IMG/VR virus record: IMGVR_UViG_3300012952_003756
Location: 4,776 to 68,775 of that record
DNA length: 64,000 bases
Direction: 5' to 3' (one strand)
Source of the DNA: a virus
Taxonomy: Duplodnaviria; Caudoviricetes
Shown here: piece after piece, positions 1 to 10,400 of the stretch
How the letters are laid out: each line of letters begins with the position of its first letter
Position numbering within the stretch: position 1 is the first letter of the stretch
Program-made: the position numbers and the translations under genes
Notes under the pieces: generated by a model
Seen by the model: the letters and a program-made list of their open reading frames with translations, nothing else
Told to the model about the DNA's origin: nothing
Database searches by the model: none

Positions 1-2
1 TT

Positions 3-1808
3 TTTTAGAATTTCGCAACTTTCAGAGTGATCTCTCGTGGAAGCTTCATTGAAAATGATCTCCTTGTCTACATTAAAAATGTCATCATCAAACTCCTGAC
101 CTTCCAGCCTCTTAAGTGCGCCCCTTAAGTCCGTGGCATCCTCCTTGGCTAATTTAAACTTCTTATCAAACATTTCCAAATCAAGAAATTTTGCAAGAAT
201 CTCCTTCCTTCTTGTTGAGCCCTCGCTAATGAATTGCAAGGCACCCAACTGAGAAGACATAGATGTCATTAAGAAATCATCTAAAGTCCCAAAGTGCTTC
301 CTTATTATTTTATCCGTCTCGCCTCTTGTAGTTCCGTTCAGGCTCTTAGTCTCATCCAACACCGAGTCATAATATTCAAAATTTAATTCTGTTTTGGCCT
401 CTAATGTTTTTTCACCTTTTAGTTTCTTTATATACTTGTCTGCTCTTCTTTCAATTGTATATTTCTTATTTCCAACTGAGATGTGGACCTTTCCTGATCC
501 AAACTCCTTGTTTTGATTGATGATGTTGAGGTTCTTCCGCTCGTTTTTACTAGTAGAATTAAATAAAGTAAACAGAACACTGTCAATAATGCTAGATTTG
601 CCAGAAAAGTTTTTGCCAAAGATGCCGGCCATTCCAGATATCTTTTTAAAATCAATTACATTTTCCTCCCCATAGTTAAAAAGATTATCCCACTCAAGTT
701 TATCTAGCTTCCAATTGATATTTCTTCCCACCTCTTCGTTTTCTTCTACAACTGCATTGTATTTAGAATTAAGCTTGAGCACTCTTTCGACCAACTCTTC
801 ATCTGGTTGGAAATCTTTGATATATTCTCTAATAAGTTCTTCTTGTACTGCAACATCCCTTAGATTATCATTTTCTAAGCCATCAGTCAATTCGTCGACG
901 CTACCTCTCTCTCCAGAAGCCCTATTCAAAAAAGTAATACTTTCTGGCTTAAAGCGGTGCTTTGCAACCTCAACTGCTTTTTTCATTGCACTGAGGGGTA
1001 GATTATTATTCGACACCAGTCGGACTCTGGCTCCATTTGGGATTTGAATCTTTTTGGGCATTCGACCCTTGGGTGTAAGTTCTATTGTGACAAAGGGCTT
1101 TGGATTCTCAAGAATGTGATGGGCACATGTAAAAGTATCCTTATCCTCAATGTCCCAAATTAAAAACCCCTTATCGTTTGTTTCACCGTGGTTTTGCTGA
1201 ACGGTCGATCCAGCATAGCGAATTCGCCCATCGTGATCTAAGACCTGATTTGTTTTGTGGATGTCTCCGAGAAAAGCAAAATCATGTCCTTGAAAAATTG
1301 AGATGTCATCTTCGCCATGCTCCATAATCCACCCCAAATCAGTGCGGCTATTACAAATAGCGCCATGGTACAAAGCAATGTTAATTTTTGTATTGTCGGT
1401 AGGTGGTATCCAATTGTCGCGATCGAACACACTAAGAACGTTAAGTACATAATCTCCATCTAATTTGGCCTCCCCGCTGTCTTTCAGCAGATGCAGGTCT
1501 GGGTGATCTAGCGCCTCGACTACGGGCGTAATAGCGTCTTGCCTGCTGCTGTTTTTAAGGTTTCCATCATGATTACCAAGAATTACATAAGTAGGTGCAA
1601 TGGAGGCCAAAGATGCCAAAAAACTGGAGCACAAATCAAAGAACTCTGGCGATAGCTGCGTCTTTGTGTGGGCTATGTCCCCGCAATGTATAATATAATC
1701 CACCTTTTCTTTCCGCAACTTTTTGTAAAGCTTTTCGAACACTTCTTTGTATTCAAAGTGGTATTTTAAATTTTTGATGTGCGTATCTGCAATGTGTGCA
1801 AACTTCAT
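3..1808 (-). CDS. Mre11/SbcD nuclease - Rad50/SbcC ATPase fusion (partial; runs off the left edge, absent from the ORF track)
   Basis: Manual translation from ATG at 1808 gives MKFAHIADTHI...HCGDIAH...ILGNHD...LYHG...LGDIH (metallophosphoesterase motifs). It continues without a stop into WKLDKLEWDNLFNYG...GIFGKNFSGKSSIID (Rad50-type Walker A, ~594-617) and on toward coiled coil. Confidence 0.92.
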   Translation of the reverse strand, partial: MKFAHIADTHIKNLKYHFEYKEVFEKLYKKLRKEKVDYIIHCGDIAHTKTQLSPEFFDLCSSFLASLASIAPTYVILGNHDGNLKNSSRQDAITPVVEALDHPDLHLLKDSGEAKLDGDYVLNVLSVFDRDNWIPPTDNTKINIALYHGAICNSRTDLGWIMEHGEDDISIFQGHDFAFLGDIHKTNQVLDHDGRIRYAGSTVQQNHGETNDKGFLIWDIEDKDTFTCAHHILENPKPFVTIELTPKGRMPKKIQIPNGARVRLVSNNNLPLSAMKKAVEVAKHRFKPESITFLNRASGERGSVDELTDGLENDNLRDVAVQEELIREYIKDFQPDEELVERVLKLNSKYNAVVEENEEVGRNINWKLDKLEWDNLFNYGEENVIDFKKISGMAGIFGKNFSGKSSIIDSVLFTLFNSTSKNERKNLNIINQNKEFGSGKVHISVGNKKYTIERRADKYIKKLKGEKTLEAKTELNFEYYDSVLDETKSLNGTTRGETDKIIRKHFGTLDDFLMTSMSSQLGALQFISEGSTRRKEILAKFLDLEMFDKKFKLAKEDATDLRGALKRLEGQEFDDDIFNVDKEIIFNEASTRDHSESCEILK

Positions 1809-1913
1809 ATTTATCCTATTAAATCCTTATATATGCTTAAGCCGGCGAACTCAACAGTCAATGATCTGGCTTGAGGTCACTTTTATTGATCGCGCTTTAA
1901 TATGCATATATAC

Positions 1914-1943
1914 ATAATAACACATTCTCTCATGTGTTGTCAA
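1914..1943 (-). promoter_or_regulatory. Sigma70-type promoter for the Mre11-Rad50 gene
   Basis: Minus strand TTGACA (1943-1938), N18, TATTAT (1919-1914), with TG extended -10; about 100 nt upstream of ATG 1808. Confidence 0.6.
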
Positions 1944-1953
1944 CAGTTTTTTT

Positions 1954-1984
1954 ATTGGTGGGCAGAAAAAATCTACCCACCAAT
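1954..1984 (-). terminator. 13-bp stem-loop just downstream of hsp20 (terminator-like, lacks U-tract)
   Basis: Minus strand ATTGGTGGGTAGA-TTTTT-TCTGCCCACCAAT (one G-U pair), 8 nt after the hsp20 stop; followed by A8 rather than a U-run. Confidence 0.4.
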
Positions 1985-1991
1985 GTTATCC

Positions 1992-2423
1992 TCACTTAAT
2001 GCCAATTTTAAAAGGTTCTGCTTCCGGGCGCGGAGGCACTTCCAATTTCAAGAGGCCATCTTTAAATTCCGCTTTCACACTTTTAAGATCTAAATTATTG
2101 TCATAATTGACATAGGTCTTGTGAAAGGCTCGACGTGCGATCCTGCGAGATTTAAAGTTTGGTGTCTCCTCATCGCCGTGCGAATCTGATGAGACGTGAA
2201 TCTCCATCTTTTCAGGCAAAACTTCGACATGCAAATTCTCTTTTTTAAATCCAGCAAGTGCAAATTCCATAACCGTGTTTCCCGAATCGTCTCGATAAAT
2301 ATCTGCGACGGGATAGCCTTCGGTGGTGCGCTGCACCCAGGTGTTTGGCATTGAATTAAAAATATCATCAAAAACGTTCCAGCCAAGAACGCTTGTTCGG
2401 TAGTTACTAATTCCAGTACTCAT
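1992..2423 (-). CDS. hsp20: Small heat shock protein (Hsp20/alpha-crystallin family)
   Basis: ALAGFKKENLHVEV...RRIARRAF...AEFKDGLLKLEVP alpha-crystallin motifs. Start moved to ATG 2423 (MSTG), which has an AAGGAG SD about 7 nt upstream. Confidence 0.93.
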   Translation of the reverse strand: MSTGISNYRTSVLGWNVFDDIFNSMPNTWVQRTTEGYPVADIYRDDSGNTVMEFALAGFKKENLHVEVLPEKMEIHVSSDSHGDEETPNFKSRRIARRAFHKTYVNYDNNLDLKSVKAEFKDGLLKLEVPPRPEAEPFKIGIK

Positions 2424-2487
2424 AATTTTCTCCTTTTTAAGCAAGTACAAGTTGAATATCCCTCATGGCAATATACAACTCCATACA

Positions 2488-2515
2488 AGTATAACAACTA
2501 AAATCTATTTGTCAA
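2488..2515 (-). promoter_or_regulatory. Sigma70-type promoter for hsp20
   Basis: Minus strand TTGACA (2515-2510), N16, TATACT (2493-2488), with TG extended -10; directly after the primase stop. Confidence 0.6.
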
Positions 2516-2516
2516 G

Positions 2517-3449
2517 TTATATTTGCATTATTTTTTGTATTAATAGTGTAGATTCGTCAAAAAGAACTGCTTGGTCCTTTCTCTCTTCGAACTCTTCTTT
2601 TGTCATATTGCCAACATCTTCGTATCCAGAAGTGTTTATTTTGTAAACATCCACCCCATACGAATTAAGCACGTTAACGATGTTTAAAGCCTTCTTCTCG
2701 GCATCTTGGTCCAGGGCCATGTAAACCTCGCTAGAATGCGTTAAAAGGGCCTTAAACAGGCGAGAATGGGCACTTAGAGTTGAGCCCAAAAGAGGGATAG
2801 AATTATCCGCGTTTATGGCATCAAAAGCCCCTTCGACTAAAATGACCGGCTTGTCCCAATCAATCCATAATTCATTAAATACAATGTTCTTTGAAGCTGG
2901 AGGGTTCTTATATTTTAACCAATCCTGTCTATAAGTCCTAGCAATGAAATAGTCGCAATATCCGTCCAAGCCAAAAGAGGGTATAATAATTCTGTTTTTA
3001 TATTCGCCCGAGTCACAATATCCAATTTTCCACCTCAATATATCATAGTCGTTTATTCCTCTTTTTTTAAGATATTTTAACGCCCCTTTTGAAGTTGAAG
3101 GAAGATTTTTATTTGCCAAGCAAATATAATCATCTGGAAGTTTGACTCTCTGTGTGTGTTCTTTTTCTTCATGCGCATCGAAAAGATTATCAAACTCCGT
3201 TATGTCAACAGCTTCAAAAAAACTAGTCCATGTTTTTCTGTGATTGTAGTTGCCAAATCTCTTTACAAGGTAGAATATATTCCTTCCGCTGGTGTCGCAA
3301 ACCCAGCACTTGTAGGAATTTTTAGATATATTCACCGACATCTTCTTTTTGTGGTGATTACAAAAAGGGCACGAAAACAAGTATTCATCACTTGAGCGAT
3401 AAAAACTTCCTAAAATTTCTCCCAATATTTCAATCTTTTCAGAATCCAT
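2517..3449 (-). CDS. Phage DNA primase (zinc finger + TOPRIM)
   Basis: CPFC...CWVC zinc-binding domain, RIIIP, LVEGAFDA TOPRIM motif, ALDQDA. Confidence 0.9.
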   Translation of the reverse strand: MDSEKIEILGEILGSFYRSSDEYLFSCPFCNHHKKKMSVNISKNSYKCWVCDTSGRNIFYLVKRFGNYNHRKTWTSFFEAVDITEFDNLFDAHEEKEHTQRVKLPDDYICLANKNLPSTSKGALKYLKKRGINDYDILRWKIGYCDSGEYKNRIIIPSFGLDGYCDYFIARTYRQDWLKYKNPPASKNIVFNELWIDWDKPVILVEGAFDAINADNSIPLLGSTLSAHSRLFKALLTHSSEVYMALDQDAEKKALNIVNVLNSYGVDVYKINTSGYEDVGNMTKEEFEERKDQAVLFDESTLLIQKIMQI

Positions 3450-3480
3450 AGATATACTCTAACAAAAAGAAATTATAAAG

Positions 3481-3996
3481 TCAAGAACTTTTAAGATAAC
3501 CGGCCCGGGCAATAACCCAACTGTCGGCTTTATCAAAACAATGAGGCTTTACATTATTATGTTTAGTGTACTCTATTTGAATCTCAGGCACATTCTGTAA
3601 TATGTGCTCAATGACAACTTGCTTGGCTTTTGTGCCGCGAGGTACTGTTATACCACAAAGTTTGCGCGCTGAGATGGCCGCTAAGTACTGTGGCTCAATC
3701 TGCAGTATTCGATATACCAGCCATGAAACCACCCCATTAAAACGAGCAAGAGTTGAAAGAGTCTTTGCAGATGAGAATCCAGACCTAAAAGATTGGAGAG
3801 ATTGTTCAATATATACTCTTTTGATTCCCCCACATTTGCCACAAAGCTCTTTAAGATGTTGTTCAACATATTCTACCTTCTTGAAAAAATTTTTAAATTT
3901 TCTAGTATCCCAAGCCTCGTTATATAAAATGTTTCCATCATCATCTAAAACAGTGGCGCCGGTTATACTAGTTGAAACGTCTAGACCTAATATCAT
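3481..3996 (-). CDS. RuvC-like Holliday junction resolvase
   Basis: MILGLDVSTSITG (catalytic Asp), VYIEQ (Glu), DKADSWVIA (two Asp) in RuvC-like spacing. Confidence 0.8.
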   Translation of the reverse strand: MILGLDVSTSITGATVLDDDGNILYNEAWDTRKFKNFFKKVEYVEQHLKELCGKCGGIKRVYIEQSLQSFRSGFSSAKTLSTLARFNGVVSWLVYRILQIEPQYLAAISARKLCGITVPRGTKAKQVVIEHILQNVPEIQIEYTKHNNVKPHCFDKADSWVIARAGYLKSS

Positions 3997-3998
3997 TC

Positions 3999-5213
3999 TT
4001 AAATATCTAACTTAACCTTAAATGTGAATGCGCGATTTTCAGTCTTCTTAACCGGCGTAGCCAACTTGACAGTTCCGATTAGTTTTCTTTGATCGTCGTA
4101 TATACCTATTGTACTAATAAATGTTTGTTTTTTAAAGGAAGAAGAATAATTGCAAATAGATCCGCTAATAGTATTTTTTATCGGTATGGTGTCAGTTTCT
4201 AAAAAAGATGCGCTGTTGTAACTAAACATCTTTCCAGAAGAGGCGCTGGAGTGTAATTTAAATGTAGGATTGCTTGAGTGGTTTAATAAGCCCTTTGGCG
4301 CAATCATGTGCATATCTAAAGTCGTAACTTCGTTTGTTCCTAAGAATTGCATTCTAAAGCTAGCTGATGGCGCCAGATTGCTATCTCCGCTATCATTCGC
4401 GCCTGCAGCGAAATCGCACCATGTTGCCTGCCTAGATGCGTAAGTAAAATTGTATGAGGCCGGCGTTAAGTTCCAACTGCCAGTTAACAATACAAAGCCC
4501 TCATTATATAAAACAACGCCCGCTACAGAGCTTGACCCTTGGGACTGAGCATATGCATCGCCATAAGTTTGTATCAATTCTCCATTCTTATTCTTATCTG
4601 TCAATTGTGCAATCAGAGATCCAGATATATAAAATTGTAGATCTACAGATCCAGGCTTAATGCCGCTATCAAAAAATATAGAAGGGATGCTTATTAAGTT
4701 GCTCTCTTGTGAGTTTTTATCTCCATAAGATGAAGAAAAAGAGTAATGCTGACTTAAATAAGTATAATAGTTTAATACATTCTTTAGCCCTATCACATGT
4801 GGCTTTGATGTACCAGCACCTGAAGCAAAGCGCTCCCTGGTGATACTAGCTGACATGGGATAAGACCCAGTAAGGATATCTCCGTATTGATAAGAGGTGT
4901 TATATGTTGCGTCAGTAACAGTTCCAACAGAGTTAAAGCCCCCATCTTTTGTTGTAAAAGGATATATAAGTGCTTTTACCCCACCGCCAGTGTCGGGATC
5001 ATAAGTATGGTCGCTAGCTTTTCTGTCAATGTTTAATTCATAAAGACTAACATGTCCAGTAGGCACCATGGTGACATTATTAACATGTGTGCCGCTTATT
5101 GCGCTTAACGAATTTAAATAAATGCTACCACTTATAATATCAAAAACAAACTTAGGGTGTGTTTTTAAAGTGTTGCGAAGAATGTCCTTGTCTTCAAACT
5201 TATAGTACGGCAT
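3999..5213 (-). CDS. Putative baseplate/tail structural protein, paralog of 5218-6420
   Basis: C-terminal NHSSNPTF...TFISTIGIYDDQRKLIGTVKLATPVKK...FKVKLDI matches the neighbouring ORF; S/T/G-rich; lies within the tail module. Confidence 0.6.
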   Translation of the reverse strand: MPYYKFEDKDILRNTLKTHPKFVFDIISGSIYLNSLSAISGTHVNNVTMVPTGHVSLYELNIDRKASDHTYDPDTGGGVKALIYPFTTKDGGFNSVGTVTDATYNTSYQYGDILTGSYPMSASITRERFASGAGTSKPHVIGLKNVLNYYTYLSQHYSFSSSYGDKNSQESNLISIPSIFFDSGIKPGSVDLQFYISGSLIAQLTDKNKNGELIQTYGDAYAQSQGSSSVAGVVLYNEGFVLLTGSWNLTPASYNFTYASRQATWCDFAAGANDSGDSNLAPSASFRMQFLGTNEVTTLDMHMIAPKGLLNHSSNPTFKLHSSASSGKMFSYNSASFLETDTIPIKNTISGSICNYSSSFKKQTFISTIGIYDDQRKLIGTVKLATPVKKTENRAFTFKVKLDI

Positions 5214-5217
5214 AACA

Positions 5218-6420
5218 TTAGTAATCTAACCTTACACGCAAAGTCAACTCATTGCTTGGAGTCTTTTTTAGTGGCTCCGACAGTTTAGCAACTGCCAACA
5301 ACTCATTGTTTGGTGAATATAGACCAATGCTTGTAATATAAGACACTGGCTGCGCGAAAGGATTGTCTCCTTTAACTCTAATTTTACTGGCAGATAAATA
5401 CGTCGGATTGGAAGAATAATTATAATCTCCCGTGTTTGCTCGGCAAAAATAAATCGTTGAATTAAGTTCTGTAGTGTTTTGGAATTCTACATTGTACAAC
5501 CTATTCCTGACACCATTAGCAAAATCATCAATGGTAGAGCCTGTAAGAACAGCGAACGGCCTAATATCGCCGGCTGTAGTAACCGTATTTGGAAGATTAA
5601 TGTTGCTGCCGGCGGTGATAGCTGAAAGTGAGTTGCAATCAAAAGATGCAGACCCATGGCCGGCTGCAAATGAGAAAATATAAGGACTAAGCACCACAAT
5701 GCCGGCCTGATAATAAACTTGGCCGACAGACTTTGATGCTGTGCCGGCATCGGCTGAGCCGGTATATAGCAATCCATATTCTCCAGTGGGAGAATTCACA
5801 AGAAAACTTGAGCTAGCTCCGTAATCAGATATTGTCATAAGCCCGGTTCGGTCTGCAGGCACTGTACCTCCCGTTAAGAATTGTATTGAAAACGTTCCTT
5901 TTTTAATTTCATCCTTGGTCAAAAGGCGTGCAAAGTTAATAAAAAATGCTTCATTAAATTTTTTATCTGCAGCGCTAGCTGGACCATCGGCAAGGACACC
6001 ATTTTGATCAAATCTTCTTATGTTTCCGCTGATATCATAAGGAAGCAAAACTTGCGCCATTTGGTCATATATGTTTCTTTTTTTCGCGTATTGGGCGTTG
6101 GCGCCGAAATTTGTTTGTCCAAAAATTGAACCAAAGCGACCAAGCTCGCTATCACCGATTGTGGTGGCCGCCGTGTCGCCGGAGGCGCTTGCCGCCAAGC
6201 CAACTGTAATATCAAAAATATGATTTGCAGAAGAGCTTAAATACGGATAATCATATACAGACTGGAACATGCCATGACCATATGTTTTAACATTGTTATC
6301 AGTATTAACCGTAACGTATGTCCCCGAAGCAATCGTACCAGTGATTGGGATTGCCTCATGAAGTAGCGTCCTGGTGGTTGCTATATCATTATTCAAAAGT
6401 GTCTTAAATGTAGTTGCCAT
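5218..6420 (-). CDS. Putative baseplate/tail structural protein, paralog of 3999-5213
   Basis: C-terminal NYSSNPTY...YITSIGLYSPNNELLAVAKLSEPLKK...LRVRLDY, resembling the ELGLYDDAGTLIAVA segment of P2 gpH-type tail-fibre N-terminal domains. Confidence 0.6.
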   Translation of the reverse strand: MATTFKTLLNNDIATTRTLLHEAIPITGTIASGTYVTVNTDNNVKTYGHGMFQSVYDYPYLSSSANHIFDITVGLAASASGDTAATTIGDSELGRFGSIFGQTNFGANAQYAKKRNIYDQMAQVLLPYDISGNIRRFDQNGVLADGPASAADKKFNEAFFINFARLLTKDEIKKGTFSIQFLTGGTVPADRTGLMTISDYGASSSFLVNSPTGEYGLLYTGSADAGTASKSVGQVYYQAGIVVLSPYIFSFAAGHGSASFDCNSLSAITAGSNINLPNTVTTAGDIRPFAVLTGSTIDDFANGVRNRLYNVEFQNTTELNSTIYFCRANTGDYNYSSNPTYLSASKIRVKGDNPFAQPVSYITSIGLYSPNNELLAVAKLSEPLKKTPSNELTLRVRLDY

Positions 6421-6437
6421 GTTTTATTACCTTCCTT

Positions 6438-7418
6438 TTATTGTTGCTTAACAAAGCGTACTGGTATGTCAATTTTATACCCTGTTGTTGCGCCGGTCAC
6501 TCTAGCTATCACATCAATATAATAAAATGTTTTATCATCATAACCAAACGTGTTTCCAAGCCTCTCGAATAAATACGTGCTTGTTCTTAAGTTCGTAGAT
6601 GCTCTAATTCTAAATGCACAGTGTGTGCCGCGAGGGCCTGCAATTGCTTGATTCAGCAGCTCGCCTGGATTGTTATTTGCATTTTGATTTAAATCAGCGG
6701 CAGGGGTGCTTTGCACAAAATCGCCTGTTGATAAATAATAGCTAGCAATGTTGTCGTCATCAATAAATGAAAAAGCAGCTGACTGTCCAGTTGTTCCACC
6801 TTTGTCGGCCATTGCCGTTGATCCGGCGACTGCGATGCTTCCAAGCCTATTATCTATTTCAACAATGTATTGATTTTCTTGTAGTTCAGCATCAATTTTA
6901 TAGGCATTGGAAATTTCTGTCGTGTTTAATCCTTGGTCGACGCGAACATTTGTTAGGGCGCCTGCATCTGGCTTTCCAGGATCGTCGCCTGGAATATAAT
7001 TGCCATACTTATTGGATTTATTTCCTTCTTGAAAAGTTGCAGTTGTTGTTTGATCGACAGTCACAACAAAAGAACCAGAGCCTACGATCGTATTCCATTT
7101 TGTGGCTGCAATTTGCTGATTCAAGACAATGGATGGCAAGTAGAGAATATTATTGTTAGTCAATGTCATTAGTTTGGATTTCATATTGGCAGTATTATTC
7201 GTGAAAGCCTCCAAAACTGGAGATTGCAAAATCTCCAAATCATAATATGCACTACCAGAAGCGTGAGACGGATTGTAATTTGAATAATCAATCTCATCAT
7301 CTCCGAAAGCATATTTCGTAATTCGGAAGGATCCATCGCCTTCCGCCAATCTTTTTCTACCGGCATCGGTTAATACCGCATCTAAAATAATATCACCACT
7401 ATTGTCTAAGTATGACAT
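6438..7418 (-). CDS. Putative baseplate/tail structural protein (N-terminus shared with 15402-16490)
   Basis: AGGAG SD; N-terminal LTDAGRKRLAEGDGSFRITKYAFGDDEIDY. Confidence 0.6.
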   Translation of the reverse strand: MSYLDNSGDIILDAVLTDAGRKRLAEGDGSFRITKYAFGDDEIDYSNYNPSHASGSAYYDLEILQSPVLEAFTNNTANMKSKLMTLTNNNILYLPSIVLNQQIAATKWNTIVGSGSFVVTVDQTTTATFQEGNKSNKYGNYIPGDDPGKPDAGALTNVRVDQGLNTTEISNAYKIDAELQENQYIVEIDNRLGSIAVAGSTAMADKGGTTGQSAAFSFIDDDNIASYYLSTGDFVQSTPAADLNQNANNNPGELLNQAIAGPRGTHCAFRIRASTNLRTSTYLFERLGNTFGYDDKTFYYIDVIARVTGATTGYKIDIPVRFVKQQ

Positions 7419-7440
7419 AATAACACTCCTTTATCTTAAT

Positions 7441-7447
7441 TAATTAG
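7441..7447 (-). promoter_or_regulatory. Candidate phage late promoter CTAATTA
   Basis: CTAATTA on the minus strand about 23 nt upstream of ATG 7418; the same motif occurs in four other structural-module gaps. Confidence 0.55.
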
Positions 7448-7476
7448 TTACTTTTTGTTGTTTTTTCAACTCTTTA

Positions 7477-10400
7477 CTAACATTTTCCTGAACTATATGT
7501 ATCTGGCTCTCCAGATACCGAGCTAGTTTCTTTTTCAAGCTTGTCAATATCTTTCACAGCCAAGTTCAAATCAAACTTTCTTCCTGTCTTTTTGCTAGTA
7601 AATCTAAATTTAAATTTTTTGCCCCACACGTTTTTGCTGAGATTTAAATCTCCTATCATTAAATTTAACTTCTCAGCATCTTTTAAGAGATCTATAGAGC
7701 TATAATCGCTAATTTCTAAATCGTTAAGCACCCTTTGTTCCAAGCTGGGCTGTATTTTAATATATTTCATAAAGCTCTTTGTAGAGACCGGCTTGGCCTC
7801 TTCCATCTCTTCTATGAAGAACATTTTAAAAATTGTATAAGGCGCTTCCGCTTCTCGATCAACAATTCTTGCCATATATATTGGAGATGGATTAGAATAG
7901 TTTCCATGCACATCCACTTCTCTAATTACATAATAGTAATCTTTGTTCGGCTCTATTCTATCATAAAAACCAAAATTTGATTTACCGTGCCCAACTTCGG
8001 CAATAGCCGTTTTATCAGTTGGGGTAAAATCTAAATATGAAGTAGGCTTTTTATCAATCCTCAATATTTCAATATGGCCGCAAAAATCATCACCAGAAAA
8101 AGTAATCGGGCCTTTTAGTTTTTTCTGGTTTATTCTCGGTTTAATTTGGGCGTTCAGTTCATCACTGTTTTTATCCAAAATTACCGGATTTAAATCATAC
8201 TCGCCAACATTAAAATTGCAATTTATTAGCACTCTATCGTTTTCTCCATACAGAGGTACAAATACCGCATCTGGAAAAATAGGTGGGCTGTCCCAAACCA
8301 AAGTTGTTTCTAGGCTATTTAGTTTGTAATTGTCAGAATTATTATTATCAAACGACTGATCTTTGTATTCTGCCAAATGTACCGTATTGCTGGTTGATGC
8401 AATTGTGTTATAGAACGGCACTCTGATTAAATGTACATCTGGCTTGTAATCGCAGTCTAATGTTATGCGATGGAACTTTCCATTCAACTCATCATATGCC
8501 TTTCCTTTAAAATGGCCCTGTTGTGCATCATATTGATATTGAGTCCCAATAACAAAAGTGTGCGCATATATTTGATAATAATATCCCTTATCGTGTTTAA
8601 CTTGAGTGTCAACATATTTAGCCATATCCATTCCTGGAATATTTGGAATGAAGAAGCTCTGTATAAATGTTTCGCCCTTAGTATCGGGCCCAGAAGCGGG
8701 GATGTAGGGGATGTCATTCTCGTCATCAGATGGAGGTAAATTCTCTTGAATTATTGGCTGGCTCTTGTATTTAACAATTTCATAGAATAATACTTCAGAA
8801 TAGGCTTTCTTTCCAGCATAGACATCAGAAACCGATCGCACTCTTTCATTAATAAACTTATTAATTTTATTTTTTGTCAATATCCATTTTATTAAAGCCG
8901 AGATTGAATTAGACGACTTGGGGGGCGCTTTGCCAAAAACCACCGGCTTAAGTAAATTTTTATTCCATGATGCCGCCGCAAACCCTAATAATTTAAGCAC
9001 CTGTTTTATGTAGTCATATGCGCCAACATCAGATATCCAATCATAATATTGCGGAGGAAGGCCTTCAAAATATTGCGCAAATGGTGCGAGAGTCGGCTCT
9101 GCTCCGATTAAAGCAGGCGCCGCATCTAGATCCAATAAAACTTTAGATTCTAAAAATTCATTTAGCCAGAGGTGCAGCATTGTTTCACTAAACATGGTTT
9201 CTTGCTTCGGGCTACCTCCTTTTGATTTGTGGGAAGGTCCGTCCTTTCTTATTATACAAGTGTTTTTTAGGGCCGGCGTAGTAAAAGGCTTAATGTCGCT
9301 ATAAAAGTCTTTAACCTCCGCAGGACTCATCTTATCTGCTGATGAAGGATTTTCAGCATTACCTATATGATAAAAGCCCGCCATGATGTTTTGCATAAAG
9401 ATGTCAGTTAATCCGCCATCAAACAAGAGCTTTCCTATATATCCACTATTGGCCATTGGCAAATTAATATCAATATGAAATGGGAACATCTTCTTTAACT
9501 TGTCTGCTTCGTCTGTTAGGTCTTTTATCTTGTAGGCAGATATGCCAACAATATTGTATTTGCCCTCTTTGTTCATCATTGCTGCATTTTTTATGGCGTG
9601 AGCAATATTTTCCGCGTTGTAACCGCCGGCCCAGGTGGCATCCCATTTTTTGTAGGCCGGGGTTTCGCCACCTGGGCCTGGTGGTGCATTTAGGGCGCCG
9701 GCCATGGACACCCATGAATTTAAATATTCAGCAATGTTTTTAACTGGCAATTCATCGACATGATTTTTCTTAGTTGTTATTGACAAGAACTGCCCTAGGC
9801 CATCAACTAGAAATTTCTCATTTTTGTCTAAGGGCATCCCCGCTTTCTTTCCAGTATAATTTAAAGAGCCATTGCTTTTCTTACAGTGCTTAAATGCACC
9901 AAGAGGCATCCAAGATCCCTGGTCTGAATAGCGAAAATATTCTTCTTCAGACATTTGATCATAAATTAGAGCATAAATATTTGGAATCATTGGTTCTGGT
10001 ATCGGAGATAAGGTGTCGCCATCAAACTCCAAAGGCACCCTTACTTGAGACTCCCCCTCTTCATCGGAAATAGCATCTTCATACGGTAAGAGGTAGAAAT
10101 TATAATGTGCTTGTATATCGACCGGAGAGGTCAAGCCCATGTCTTGTTTTTCTCCAGATTCATATGCTTTCTCTAAGAAGGGCTTTTTAATCTCAAAAGT
10201 TGCGTCCCTGAAAGACCAACTGCCTGCAATATTGGAGTTGGGCATGACGATACCACTTTTATGCTTTGTCCAATTTTTAAGATTATTCTCGGTGGGCGCG
10301 CCTGAGTAGCCGATGAAATTCGAAATGATGGGATTCCAATTGTTATCTTCCGAATTGTCACTCCCCTTAATTGTAATCTTCTCTTCCATTAAGAGGATGC

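Noticed and set aside
428-1459. ORF-track entries 428-655, 715-1047 and 1238-1459
   Set aside because: All lie inside the continuous Mre11-Rad50 frame (3-1808), in alternative frames or antisense.
1828-1912. 9-bp inverted repeat TATATATGC/GCATATATA bracketing the Mre11-Rad50 leader; possible structured RNA
   Set aside because: AT-rich and low complexity; one arm overlaps the predicted start site; the inner sequence shows only weak pairing.
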